Made by a program: the position numbers and the translations under genes
The notes under the pieces: generated by a model
The model's database searches: none
Told to the model about the DNA's origin: nothing
Seen by the model: only the letters and a program-made list of their open reading frames with translations
Source: an uncultured Verrucomicrobiae bacterium
Lineage (GTDB): Bacteria > Verrucomicrobiota > Verrucomicrobiia > Chthoniobacterales > JAATET01
Assembly: GCA_963719495.1 (NCBI GenBank)
Contig: CAVRCI010000008.1
Span: 64,001 to 128,000, forward strand
Direction: 5' to 3'
Length of the DNA stretch: 64,000 nt
Part shown: positions 47,297-56,570 of the stretch, piece after piece
How positions within the stretch are numbered: the stretch's first letter is position 1
Layout: each line of letters starts with the position of its first letter

Positions 47297-47495
47297 TTTC
47301 TTTGGACAGGATTTACGGGATTTTCAGGATTGGGGGTGTCGGTTTGAGGCTTCGCCTCTTGGTTGTTTCGGCAGCCGGAGCGAAGCGGAGACGGGCGAAG
47401 CCAATTGCAAATCGCCGCTCCTTGAATTGGGTTCGGCTCTCTCGCTTCGCTCGATTTGCCTGTCGGCGGCTGGAAGCCGCCGCTCCTTGTTTGGT

Positions 47496-49118
47496 TCAGG
47501 CGGGGGTTAGGGTTGGCTTTTTGGGCTTCTTGGTTTTTCGGACGATGGCGGTGGCGGTGAAGGCGACTTCGAGGGCTACGAAGGAGGCGGCGTATTCGAA
47601 ACCTCCGCTGCCGAAGCCGTAGCTGTGGAGGCCGACTCCGAGGATGAAGTTCACTCCATACCAGGCCATGATGATGGTTTGGAAGGCGAGGATGCTGCCG
47701 ACGGCGAGGCCGAAGCCGGCCCAGCGGCCGGCGATGCGGCCGTGGAGGATGAAGAGGTAGGCGAGCAGCGCGACGAGGGCCCAGGTTTCCTTCGGATCCC
47801 AATCCCAGAAGCGGCCCCAGCTGTAGTTGGCCCAAACGCCGCCGAGGATGGTGCCGACGGCGAGGAGGAAGACGCCGATCTGGAGGGTGCGGTAGATGTA
47901 GTTGTAGAGGGCGGGGCTGGGTTTGGTGCCGAGGATGACCTTGCCGAGGGCGATGTGGGCGACGCCGAGGGCGAGGGCGAAGGCGGCGTAGCTGAGCGTG
48001 ATGATGAGGACGTGGGTGGCGAGCCAGAAGTTGCTCTGGAGGACGGCGGTGAGGGGGTGGATGCCGGGATCGAGGGCGAGCGGTTGGAGGTCGGCGAGGA
48101 CGAGGGAGAGGACGGCGACGGGGATGGCTCCGAGGAGGAAGTAGCGGCTCCGGTAAATGGCTTCGAAGACGAGGGCGAAGAGGACGGTGCCGAAGGCGAC
48201 CCAGATGATCGACTCGTACATGTTGGTCACCGGGGGACGGCCGGCGATGAGGATGCGGCCGACGAAGCCGGCGAGTTGGAAGGCGAAGCCGACGGCGGCG
48301 AGGCTCCAGCCGATGGCGTAGCCGGGGCGGCGGGACCAGACGGAGGTGACGGCGAGGGTGAGGCCGGCGAGGAGGTAAAGGATCCAGGCCCAGCGGAAGG
48401 GGTGGACGTTTTGGTAGGTGGTCTCGAGGGCGATCTTCCATGCAGCGGGCTGGAATTGCGGGGCCTGTTTGGCGAGTTCGAGACGGAGGGTGGTGGCCGC
48501 GGTGTCGAAAGCGGCCTGGTCGCCGGCGAGGTAGGCGGTGCGGAGGTTGGCGAAGAGGGGGTCGGTGGGGTCGAGGGTGCGCCAGGCGGTGAGGTCGCCG
48601 GCGGGGTTGGCGACGATGCGGTAGAGGCTCCCGTTGCGGAGGGCTTCGAATTCGGCGAGGCGGAGGCCGATGGTCTCCATCTTTTTGTCGATGCCGGTGA
48701 GTTTCCCGCCTTCGGTGGTGCGTTTGGCGTTCTCGGCGTCCTGGAGGAGTTGGACGAAGGCGGCGTTGCCGGCGAGTTCTTCGTAGGAGTAGAGCGTGCG
48801 GGTGTCTTCGAGGTCGGCGGCTCGCTTGACGTCGATGGAGTCGATGAGGATGAGGGGCTGGGTGTTCCAGGCGTTCGGCTGGAACCAGAGATCGGTGATG
48901 ACGTCGAGGGCGGGGCGGCGGGCGTCGTCGGTTTTAAGCGTGGCGCGACCGGAGAGGCTGAGGAGGCTCTCCTGGGCGAAGACGAGGTAGGGTTTTTTGC
49001 GGCCGCTTTCCTGGACGGGGATGGATTCGAGCTGGGTGAGGTCGAGGGCGCGGGTGGCGGGGGCGGCCGTGGTGAGGAGCGCGAGGGCGAGGGTGAGAGG
49101 TTTGATGAACGAGTTCAT
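47496..49118 (-). CDS. ccsA: Cytochrome c biogenesis system II protein CcsA/ResC
   Basis: Start MNSFIKPL; 'GRPPVTNMYES', 'LQSNFWLATHV', WWD motif 'WANYSWGRFWDWDPKETW', 'GLHSYG'. Confidence 0.92.
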   Translation of the reverse strand: MNSFIKPLTLALALLTTAAPATRALDLTQLESIPVQESGRKKPYLVFAQESLLSLSGRATLKTDDARRPALDVITDLWFQPNAWNTQPLILIDSIDVKRAADLEDTRTLYSYEELAGNAAFVQLLQDAENAKRTTEGGKLTGIDKKMETIGLRLAEFEALRNGSLYRIVANPAGDLTAWRTLDPTDPLFANLRTAYLAGDQAAFDTAATTLRLELAKQAPQFQPAAWKIALETTYQNVHPFRWAWILYLLAGLTLAVTSVWSRRPGYAIGWSLAAVGFAFQLAGFVGRILIAGRPPVTNMYESIIWVAFGTVLFALVFEAIYRSRYFLLGAIPVAVLSLVLADLQPLALDPGIHPLTAVLQSNFWLATHVLIITLSYAAFALALGVAHIALGKVILGTKPSPALYNYIYRTLQIGVFLLAVGTILGGVWANYSWGRFWDWDPKETWALVALLAYLFILHGRIAGRWAGFGLAVGSILAFQTIIMAWYGVNFILGVGLHSYGFGSGGFEYAASFVALEVAFTATAIVRKTKKPKKPTLTPA

Positions 49119-50980
49119 TTGGGTTGGTTCGGCGATTGCAAATCGCCGCTCCTTGAAAGGGTTGGCTCGCTGGCGCTTTGCCTTTTTGGTTTGAGGTAGA
49201 ATTGGATGAAGATGCCGGCGCAGATGGCCAGAGAGCCGAACCATTTGAAGAGCCAGCCGGGATCGTAGAGGACCTGGAGGGTGGTTTCGCCGAGGTCCTT
49301 GGGGTTCCATTCGGCTTGGGAAAATTTGTAGTTGATGCCGGTGAGGTTGGCGAGGAAGCCGCCGGGCCAGCTGGCGGGTTGGTTCATCTGGGCGACGGCG
49401 GTCTTGGTCGCTCCGGATTCTTTTTCGGTGAATTTGACGGTGGAGATGTAATTGGCGGGGGTTTCGGTGCCTTCGTAGCGGGGGACTTCGAAGCTCTCGA
49501 GGCCGATGGTGAACGGGGCGGGGCGGAGTTCGAGGCCGTAGCCGAGGCGGACGACGGTGCGGTCGAGGGCGAGGGTGGTGAGGGCTCCGGACGCAATCCA
49601 TTTTGCCGGGCCGGTGCGGCCGTCGGGGGCCTGGAGGGCGGCGTGGAAACCGGGGATCCCCTTGACCTCCGGATCGCCGGGGACGGGATCGGTGAGGATC
49701 ACGGCGCGGGGGAGGAATTCGGTGACTTCGGCGGTCCAATCGGCCCAGTCGGGGGTGATGACGTCGCCGACTTGGGCGGTGCCGGTGCCGGTGGCGATCT
49801 CGTTGCGGACGGATTGCCAATCGACTCCGCCGTCGGGATTGGGGGCGAACTCGAGGGCGAGGCCGCCCTGGGCGGGATCGGACGGTGCGGCGTCGGACGC
49901 CGCGGCGGGGCCGGTGATGCGAACGAGGACGGCGGGATTGTTCGGCAGGGGGGACGCGGTGGTCGGGCGGCCGTTTTCGAGTTTGAAATCGGGCCAGTAG
50001 CTGTCGACGCGGACGGTGGTGGGTCCGGCTTCGATGGCGGTGCCGACGACCTCGGCGCGGCGGTAGGTCGCGGAGCCGACGGTGAGGGTCTGGCCGTCGG
50101 CGGCGAGGGTGACGGGGAGTCCGGTGGTGCCGTCGTCGGCGGTGACGACGGGAGCGTATTTGGCGAAGATCATGCGGGTCTCTTCGATGGTCTTGGGCGT
50201 GCGGTCGGGCAGGGACGGGAGGAAGGCGACGCGGGCCATGCCGAAGAAATCCTTCTCGATGCCGCCGTCGGATTGGAGGGCGAAGGGGAGATCGAGGTGC
50301 TGGCCGGCGGTGTCGCTGTGGAAGTGAAAGCTCACGCCGGGAAGGGCGGCGGGGTCGTCGGATGCGGCGAGGCGTTCCTGGTCGAGGAGGTTGGGGCTGA
50401 AGTCGTCGGCGACGAGTCGGTAGTCGGTGTCGGGGAGCGGCAGGGCGTCGGGGCGGTCCTGCGAGGGCAGGGCGGCTTCGGCGTCGAAATCGATGAGGTA
50501 GAGAGCGCCGTCGCGGGGGCTTTCGACCTGGAGGACGCTGCGGCTGGTGGTGATGCGGGAGACGGGGGCTTTCTCGGTGTGGAGGGTGACGTTGCCTTCG
50601 AAGCCGAGTTTCGTGCCGATGACGGCTCCGACGAGCAGGATGATGATGCCGTAGTGGGTGACGATGAACCCGGTGTGGCGGCGCTGCCAGGGCCAGCGGC
50701 TGATGGTGACGGCGAGGAGATTCACGCAGAGGACGCCGAGCCAGATGATGAACCACGGGGCCTTGTAGATGTAGGCGGCGGCGATTTTGGAATTGAAGGC
50801 GCTCTCGTAGAACGTGGCCACGCCGATGGCGATGGCGATGGTGGCCAGGAGGGTGAGGGCGAGCTTGAGGGATGCTAGGACGTGAATGATCTGCCAAGTG
50901 GTCGAACGCTCACGGCGGGCGGCGACGATGCGGCGGTGCGCGTCGCGGGTGAGCGGGGCTTTGGGTGCGGTGGTGGTCAT
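49115..50980 (-). CDS. Cytochrome c biogenesis protein CcsB/ResB-like
   Basis: 'LASLKLA...ATFYES...IYKAPWF', 'GFIVTHYGIIILLVG', C-terminal 'YDPGW..KW.GS'; ATGA overlap with ccsA. Confidence 0.85.
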   Translation of the reverse strand: MTTTAPKAPLTRDAHRRIVAARRERSTTWQIIHVLASLKLALTLLATIAIAIGVATFYESAFNSKIAAAYIYKAPWFIIWLGVLCVNLLAVTISRWPWQRRHTGFIVTHYGIIILLVGAVIGTKLGFEGNVTLHTEKAPVSRITTSRSVLQVESPRDGALYLIDFDAEAALPSQDRPDALPLPDTDYRLVADDFSPNLLDQERLAASDDPAALPGVSFHFHSDTAGQHLDLPFALQSDGGIEKDFFGMARVAFLPSLPDRTPKTIEETRMIFAKYAPVVTADDGTTGLPVTLAADGQTLTVGSATYRRAEVVGTAIEAGPTTVRVDSYWPDFKLENGRPTTASPLPNNPAVLVRITGPAAASDAAPSDPAQGGLALEFAPNPDGGVDWQSVRNEIATGTGTAQVGDVITPDWADWTAEVTEFLPRAVILTDPVPGDPEVKGIPGFHAALQAPDGRTGPAKWIASGALTTLALDRTVVRLGYGLELRPAPFTIGLESFEVPRYEGTETPANYISTVKFTEKESGATKTAVAQMNQPASWPGGFLANLTGINYKFSQAEWNPKDLGETTLQVLYDPGWLFKWFGSLAICAGIFIQFYLKPKRQSASEPTLSRSGDLQSPNQPK

Positions 50981-51005
50981 TCGCGGGTGTTGCGGTGCGT
51001 TAAGG

Positions 51006-51030
51006 TATTAGCGTTGCTAATATATGCAAC
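51006..51030. promoter_or_regulatory. AT-rich overlapping dyads upstream of ccsBA (candidate operator)
   Basis: TATTAGC-gtt-GCTAATA (51006-51022) overlapping GTTGC-N8-GCAAC (51013-51030). Confidence 0.45.
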
Positions 51031-51290
51031 TCCCGGGGATGGGGGGTGAGGGAGGTGGCGGGCGACGGGTTGCTTGGTTTGGACACCTTGGGGGATGATC
51101 GCCTCGGTGGAGGACTAGCCAGAGATGCTTCGCTTCGCTGCCAGTGACATCGGTCTGCGAGGCGCGGAATCCAGGGTGAAGGCCACGGCTCGGCGGGAGC
51201 CTCGCCCTCCGGATGCCCGATGGGGGCGGCTGGCGCCGCCCCTATCGGTTTTCGGTTCGGTTTTCGGTTTGTAAGGCGGCCGTTTGGGCC

Positions 51291-51668
51291 CTAGATCGCT
51301 TCGGTGGCGGTGATGCGGTGGGGGAGGGGGGTGCCTTGGAGGAGTTCCTGGCCGGCGGTTTGCATGATCTCGAGGCCGGGGAGATGCAGCCATTCGACTT
51401 GGATGTGGCTGCCTTGCGCCTGCTTGCGCTCGAGGATGCGGAGGAGTTCGCGCAGGCCCATGGTCGAGCCGGTGTTCAGGTAGTAAAGGAGGAGGCGGAG
51501 CTCGAGGGTCGAAGTTTCGCCAAGGGAGGCTTCCAACCACGCGCCGATCCGGTCGAAAAATTCGGTCGGGTTCTCGGGGTAGGACTCGCCGCGAAGCGTG
51601 AGCGTCGACGACTCCGCGTCGAACGACACACTCGGCGTGGTCTCGGATTCTGGAATGTTCAGGTCCAT
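51291..51668 (-). CDS. siaC: SiaC family regulatory phosphoprotein (DUF1987)
   Basis: 'TPSVSFD....TLTLRGESYPENPTEFF..I..WL', 'YYLNTGS' (phospho-Thr motif), 'VEW'. Confidence 0.85.
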   Translation of the reverse strand: MDLNIPESETTPSVSFDAESSTLTLRGESYPENPTEFFDRIGAWLEASLGETSTLELRLLLYYLNTGSTMGLRELLRILERKQAQGSHIQVEWLHLPGLEIMQTAGQELLQGTPLPHRITATEAI

Positions 51669-51680
51669 GGCGTTCTCGGG

Positions 51681-52193
51681 TTAAGCACAATCGATGCTCA
51701 GGTTGATCGAAAGTGAGGATCGGCCCGAGCTGGCGGGCGAAATTTCGATCTCGGGCGGGCTGGCGGCCTTGCGGTGAAGGTCGATGAGGCCAAGGCCCGA
51801 GCGAGCGGCGGGAGGATCGGTCTGGTGTAAACGGGCGAGGTAGAGGCGGTTGAGTTCGCCGGTCGGAATGGCGCGGATCGACGCCAGCCGATCCCGGAGG
51901 GCCGGGACGTCGGCGTTGTCGATGAGATTGGTCGTGCGAAGGACGAAACCGGTCGCCGTGCGGTTGACCGTGATGCGACCGATGCCGACGTTTTCTTCGG
52001 GGCTGCGTTCGGCGGAGTGGCGGGCGATATTCTGAGCGAGTTCGACGAAAGCTCCAAACAGGAGAATCCGACCGCCGACGGAGAGTTGGGTGCGGGCTCG
52101 GAGGGTCCGGCCGCAATCGGTGCTGATGGTTGAGGTGATGGGACCTTCGGCGAGAAAGAGCATGAGATCGTGCGGGCGGAGACCGGTTATCAT
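51681..52193 (-). CDS. siaB: SiaB family protein kinase
   Basis: Start MITGLRP (ATGA overlap); 'EGPIT', 'FVELAQNIARHS', 'TTNLI', 'ELNRLY', 'SGLGLIDL.RKA'. Confidence 0.82.
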   Translation of the reverse strand: MITGLRPHDLMLFLAEGPITSTISTDCGRTLRARTQLSVGGRILLFGAFVELAQNIARHSAERSPEENVGIGRITVNRTATGFVLRTTNLIDNADVPALRDRLASIRAIPTGELNRLYLARLHQTDPPAARSGLGLIDLHRKAASPPEIEISPASSGRSSLSINLSIDCA

Positions 52194-54382
52194 GGAACGT
52201 GGGCGGCGGGCGTTTCGGTCGGATTGGAATCGGGAAAGCGGATGCCAAGCAGCGTGACGTCGTCGCGTTGGGCGGCACCGCCGCGAAATTCCGAGAAGGC
52301 GTCGATGAGGGATCGGCGCTGGGAGGCAAGGGTTTCGGCGTGGAGTCCGGTGAGCAAATCGGTGAGGCGGCGGTGGTCGAAGACCTGACGAAGGTGGTTG
52401 GGCTGCTGGACGAGGCCGTCGGATTGCAGGTAGATGGCGAGGCCGGGTAAAATGGGCAGCGTGTGATTGGCGAATTCGATGGTGGGAGGTTCGAGGGGGC
52501 CGCCGCCGAGTCCGTGGGGGTCGCCGGGGATGACGCCGGTGAGGGCCTCGCCGTCGCCGGGGCGGACCCACCAGAGCGGGCGGTGAGCTCCGGCGAACAC
52601 GATGGCACCGGGATCGAATCGCACGATGGCGGCCTCCATTCCGTCGCGATTGGTCGCGCCATCGTCGCCTTCCTGGCCGAGGATCGCCCGGACGCGACCG
52701 TGCATCTCGGAGAGGATGGCCGCCGGGTCGCGCACGCCCTTCTCGACGACGATGTGCTCGAGCAGGAGGTGACCAATCATGGACATGAACGCCCCGGGCA
52801 CGCCGTGCCCGGTGCAGTCGACGACGGCGCAGAAGCTGACGTCGGCGGCGCGGTGGCACCAATAGAAATCGCCGGAGACGAGATCGCGGGATTGGTAGAT
52901 GAGAAAATGATCGCCGACGGCGTCCTGCAGCTGGGCCGGGGTGGGGAGGAGAGCCTGCTGGATGCGGCGGGCGTATTGGAGGCTGCTGAAGATCTTCTGG
53001 TTGGCCGCCTGACTCTCGTCGCGGGCGATTCGCAGGCGTCGGGTGATGTTTTCCTGAAACTCCCGGTCGTCGATGACCTTGTCGACGACGCGGTTGTATT
53101 CCGCGGCGATCTGGCCGACTTCCGAGTAGGGGTCGATCCGCAGGCGGCTGGTGAATTCGCCGCTTTCGCTGTGGCGCGCCATGTCGCGGATGAGATCGGT
53201 GATTTCGGTGTTGGCGCCGTGTTCGGAGACGTTGAGTCCGATCTGCTCGGCCTCGGCGTGGATTCGGAGGGGATGAACGCGATTCACGAGCGAGAGCAGC
53301 AGCCAGCCGCCGCCGAAGGCCCAGACGAAGAAGACGAGCGTCCCGAGCGCCTGGATGCCGGTCTGGGCGAGCGGATCGAGGCCGGTGCCGAGGATGGCGG
53401 CGTCGCCGAAGAGGCCGACGGCCAGCGTGCCCCAGACGCCGGGGATCGCGTGCGCGGCGGCGGCTCCGACGACGTCGTCGATGCGCAGGCGTTCGAACCA
53501 GGCAATGGCCGCGTAGCTGAGGAGGCCGCCGACGGCACCGACGGCGAGGGCCTCGCCGGTGGTGACCACGTCGCAGTTTGCGGTGATCGCAACCAGGCCG
53601 CCGATGCAGCCGTTGAGGGTGGCCGGGAGCTGCGGGAGGCCGCGTTTCGCCCACACGGCGGCGAGCGCGGCCAGGCAGCCCGCTGCCCCGGCGATGACGG
53701 TGTTCACGATGATGAGGGGGACGGCGTCGTTGAAGGCGAGGGTGCTGCCGCCGTTGAAGCCGATCCAACCGACGAAGAGAATGATCACGCCGACGGTCGA
53801 GAAAACGAGGCTGTGCGGACTGACGAGGGGGGTCTTGGAATCGAAGCGGCCCGTGCGCGGGCCAAGAATGATCACCGCGGCGAGGGCGACCCAGCCGCCG
53901 ACGCTGTGCACGACGGTGGAGCCCGCGAAGTCGCGGAAGCCGAGGTCGCGCAGCCAGCCGTCGGGGTTCCACGCCCAACCGCCGCCGATCGGGTAGAGGA
54001 CGCCGGAGATGACGATGGTGACGACGATGTAGGAGGCGAAGCTCATCCGCTCGGCCACGGCTCCGGAGACGATGGTGGCCGCGGTGGCGCAGAACATGAC
54101 CTGAAAAATGAGAAGCATCAGGGTGTCGGTTCCGAGGTCCGCCCCGGCGAAGAATTCGGTGGTCCCGAACCAGCCGGAGGGCGAGGCCCCGAACATGATC
54201 GCGAAGCCGAAGGCCCAGAAGAGGACCGTGGCGACGCAGAAATCGATGAGGTTCTTGATCGCGACGTTGACGGAATTCTTCGAGCGCACGAGGCCCGCTT
54301 CGAGCATGCAGAACCCGATCTGCATCGACATCACGAGCGCCGCGCTGGTGAGGATCCAAAGGTGGTCGATGCGGTCGGGCAC
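52190..54382 (-). CDS. Ammonium transporter (Amt) fused to HAMP-like linker and PP2C/SpoIIE phosphatase (SiaA-position protein)
   Basis: Amt motifs 'MQIGFCMLEAGLVRSKNSVN', 'FQVMFCATAATIVSGAVAER', 'DFAGSTVVHSVGGW', 'WIGFNGGS', 'IDDVVGAAAAH'; PP2C 'SLQYARRIQQALLP', 'VSGDFYW', 'DCTGHGVPGAFMS', 'SDG', 'QRDDVT'. Confidence 0.92.
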   Translation of the reverse strand: MPDRIDHLWILTSAALVMSMQIGFCMLEAGLVRSKNSVNVAIKNLIDFCVATVLFWAFGFAIMFGASPSGWFGTTEFFAGADLGTDTLMLLIFQVMFCATAATIVSGAVAERMSFASYIVVTIVISGVLYPIGGGWAWNPDGWLRDLGFRDFAGSTVVHSVGGWVALAAVIILGPRTGRFDSKTPLVSPHSLVFSTVGVIILFVGWIGFNGGSTLAFNDAVPLIIVNTVIAGAAGCLAALAAVWAKRGLPQLPATLNGCIGGLVAITANCDVVTTGEALAVGAVGGLLSYAAIAWFERLRIDDVVGAAAAHAIPGVWGTLAVGLFGDAAILGTGLDPLAQTGIQALGTLVFFVWAFGGGWLLLSLVNRVHPLRIHAEAEQIGLNVSEHGANTEITDLIRDMARHSESGEFTSRLRIDPYSEVGQIAAEYNRVVDKVIDDREFQENITRRLRIARDESQAANQKIFSSLQYARRIQQALLPTPAQLQDAVGDHFLIYQSRDLVSGDFYWCHRAADVSFCAVVDCTGHGVPGAFMSMIGHLLLEHIVVEKGVRDPAAILSEMHGRVRAILGQEGDDGATNRDGMEAAIVRFDPGAIVFAGAHRPLWWVRPGDGEALTGVIPGDPHGLGGGPLEPPTIEFANHTLPILPGLAIYLQSDGLVQQPNHLRQVFDHRRLTDLLTGLHAETLASQRRSLIDAFSEFRGGAAQRDDVTLLGIRFPDSNPTETPAAHVP

Positions 54383-54412
54383 GGCGTGGGATGAGGCAGG
54401 ATTCGTGCCCGA

Positions 54413-56308
54413 TTATTCCGCGGGTCGATCCTGGTCGACGCGGGGCGTGGGCGGAGGACCGGTGCGCCCGGGGGCGGCTCCTTGGTGAATGGACGCGAGA
54501 GTTTTCACGAGGGCGGGGCGGCGGATGGGTTTGGTGAGGATGTCGTCCATGCCCGCTTCGAGGTAGGCGCCGCTCTGCTCCCGCAGGGCGTTGGCGGTGA
54601 GGGCGACGATGGGGAGGTGGTCGGTGGGACTGGCGAGTTGGCGATCGCGTTCGAGCGATCGGAGCTGGCGGGTGGCTTCGGGGCCGTTCATGACGGGCAT
54701 TTCGATGTCCATCAGAACGAGGTCGAAGGGGTCGGTGCGGCAGACGGCGACGGCTTCGGCTCCGTTGCGGGCGGTGTGGCAGGCGCAGCCGAGCTTTTCC
54801 AGGAGGAGGACGACGAGGCGGGAATTGAGAAGATTGTCTTCGACGACGAGGACGCGGAGTCCGTCGAAATCCGTTCGGGTCGCGGGGCCCGTCGGGGGCT
54901 CGGCGGCGGCCGGGGTGCCGGGCTGAACGTCGGAGTCGAGTCGGGAGCGCGTCGTGACGGTCACGGTCATCGTGGTGCCCGCGCCGACCTGGCTGCGCAC
55001 GGCGATGTCGCCGCCCATTTTTTCGCAAATGCGCTGCGCGATCGCGAGGCCCAGTCCGACCCCGCCGTGGCGCTCGGCGTCGGAGCTGCCGGCCTGGCGG
55101 AAGGCTTCGAAGAGGCCGTCCAGCTTCGCGGCGGGGATTCCCACGCCGGTATCCTCGACGCGGAATTCCCAGGTGGTGCGGCCCGGGTCGGCGGCGGGGC
55201 CGGCCGAGACGCTGAGGGTCACGCTGCCCTCTTCGGTGAACTTGATCGCGTTCTCGACGATGTTCTGCAGGACCTGGGAAAGCCGGGTGCGGTCGGCGTG
55301 GATGATGGTGGGCGCAGTGGGGTCGACGTGGTAGATGAAGGCGACGTTCTTGGCGTCGGCGCGGACCTGGAGGATACGGGCGAGGTCGCGAAGCCAGACG
55401 GCGATCGGGTAGGACAGCTCGTGAAGTTCGAGCTCGCCGGATTCGACGCGGGAAAGGTCGAGGATTTCGTTGATGAGGGAGAGGAGGTTTTCGCCCGAGG
55501 TGCGGATCGCGGAGAGGTAGCCGCGTTGGTCGGCGGTGAGGTCGGTGGTGCCGAGGAGGTCGGCGAATCCGAGGACGGCGTTCATCGGCGTGCGGATGTC
55601 GTGGCTCATCATGGCGAGGAACTCGCTCTTGGCCCGGTCGGCCCGCTCGGCGCGTTCGCGTTGTTCGCGGAGTTCGGCGGCGGCGAGTTTTTGCTCGGTG
55701 ATGTCGATGACGAAGCCGTGCCAGAGGGTGCCGCCGTCGGGCAGGCGTTCGATGCGGGCGTGGGCGGATCGCCAGACCGTGCCGGCCTTCGGCAGGGTCA
55801 CCCGGTAATCCTCGAACCACGGGGTGAGGTCGCGGAAGGACGTGACGAGACTGCGCCAGATGCGGGCCCGGTCGTCCTCGTGCACGAGGTCGAGAATGAG
55901 CGAGCCGTTGGCGCGGGCTTGTTCCGGGGTGAGTTCGTAGATCGTGCGGATCGCCTCGCTGGAATGCAGGACGGACGTGCGACCGCTCGGGTATTGGCGG
56001 AACTGGTAGAGCATCCCGGGGAGGTCGCGCGTGAGGCGGTGAAAGAGCTCGAGGCCAGCGGGCTCCTGGCGACGGTTCGTTTCCACCCGGATGTGCAGGA
56101 CGGTGATGGTAATTCCGACGACGAAGGAACCGATGGTCGCGAGCGTCCAGGGAAGCCAATCGAATGCCCGGTCGGGCGACGCGAGCGTGTAACCCCAGAG
56201 GGTAAAAAGGACGAGCGCTCCGGCAAGACCGAAGGCGCAACTCCCGAGAAACGCCCTCAGCGCCGAGGGGCGGGGGGGTTCTTTGGAATTATCGAGAGTG
56301 CTCTTCAT
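54413..56308 (-). CDS. Membrane PAS hybrid histidine kinase (2TM-PAS-HisKA-HATPase-REC)
   Basis: Probable start MKSTLDN; PAS 'PGMLYQF...VHEDDR...WHGFVIDITEQK'; 'MSHDIRTPMN'; 'GGVGLGL'; REC 'LMDIEMP...TKP'. Confidence 0.88.
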   Translation of the reverse strand: MKSTLDNSKEPPRPSALRAFLGSCAFGLAGALVLFTLWGYTLASPDRAFDWLPWTLATIGSFVVGITITVLHIRVETNRRQEPAGLELFHRLTRDLPGMLYQFRQYPSGRTSVLHSSEAIRTIYELTPEQARANGSLILDLVHEDDRARIWRSLVTSFRDLTPWFEDYRVTLPKAGTVWRSAHARIERLPDGGTLWHGFVIDITEQKLAAAELREQRERAERADRAKSEFLAMMSHDIRTPMNAVLGFADLLGTTDLTADQRGYLSAIRTSGENLLSLINEILDLSRVESGELELHELSYPIAVWLRDLARILQVRADAKNVAFIYHVDPTAPTIIHADRTRLSQVLQNIVENAIKFTEEGSVTLSVSAGPAADPGRTTWEFRVEDTGVGIPAAKLDGLFEAFRQAGSSDAERHGGVGLGLAIAQRICEKMGGDIAVRSQVGAGTTMTVTVTTRSRLDSDVQPGTPAAAEPPTGPATRTDFDGLRVLVVEDNLLNSRLVVLLLEKLGCACHTARNGAEAVAVCRTDPFDLVLMDIEMPVMNGPEATRQLRSLERDRQLASPTDHLPIVALTANALREQSGAYLEAGMDDILTKPIRRPALVKTLASIHQGAAPGRTGPPPTPRVDQDRPAE

Positions 56309-56344
56309 GCCATCTTTCAAAAATAAACCGACAACTCGCAAATC

Positions 56345-56432
56345 GTAGCGGCGGTCTGTGACCGCCGGAGATCTCGCGACCCGGAAGTTGACGCTGCTCA
56401 GCCCGACGGCGGCGGTCACAGACCGCCGCTAC
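56345..56432. repeat. REPIN-like inverted doublet of GTAG-type REP
   Basis: gtagcggcggtctgtgaccgccg (56345-56367) and its exact reverse complement (56410-56432), 42-bp spacer. Confidence 0.85.
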
Positions 56433-56570
56433 AGCAATGGTCGGGTCGATCGTGGGATTCGGGATCATGCAAGCTACAGGTCTCCCTGCCGGGCGGCCCG
56501 GTCAATGGGTCTCCCTCTTACAATCGTCCCCGCGCCCCGTTGTGGCTGGAGTGGACCCGTCCATGAGTCG

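Noticed and set aside
47496..50897. 1133-aa ORF as a CcsBA fusion
   Set aside because: The N-terminal half is off-frame over ccsB; ccsA starts at 49118 and the two genes are separate.
51681..56240. 1519-aa minus-strand ORF as a single gene
   Set aside because: Only the last 170 aa (SiaB, ATG at 52193) are protein-like; the rest is off-frame over the Amt fusion and kinase genes.
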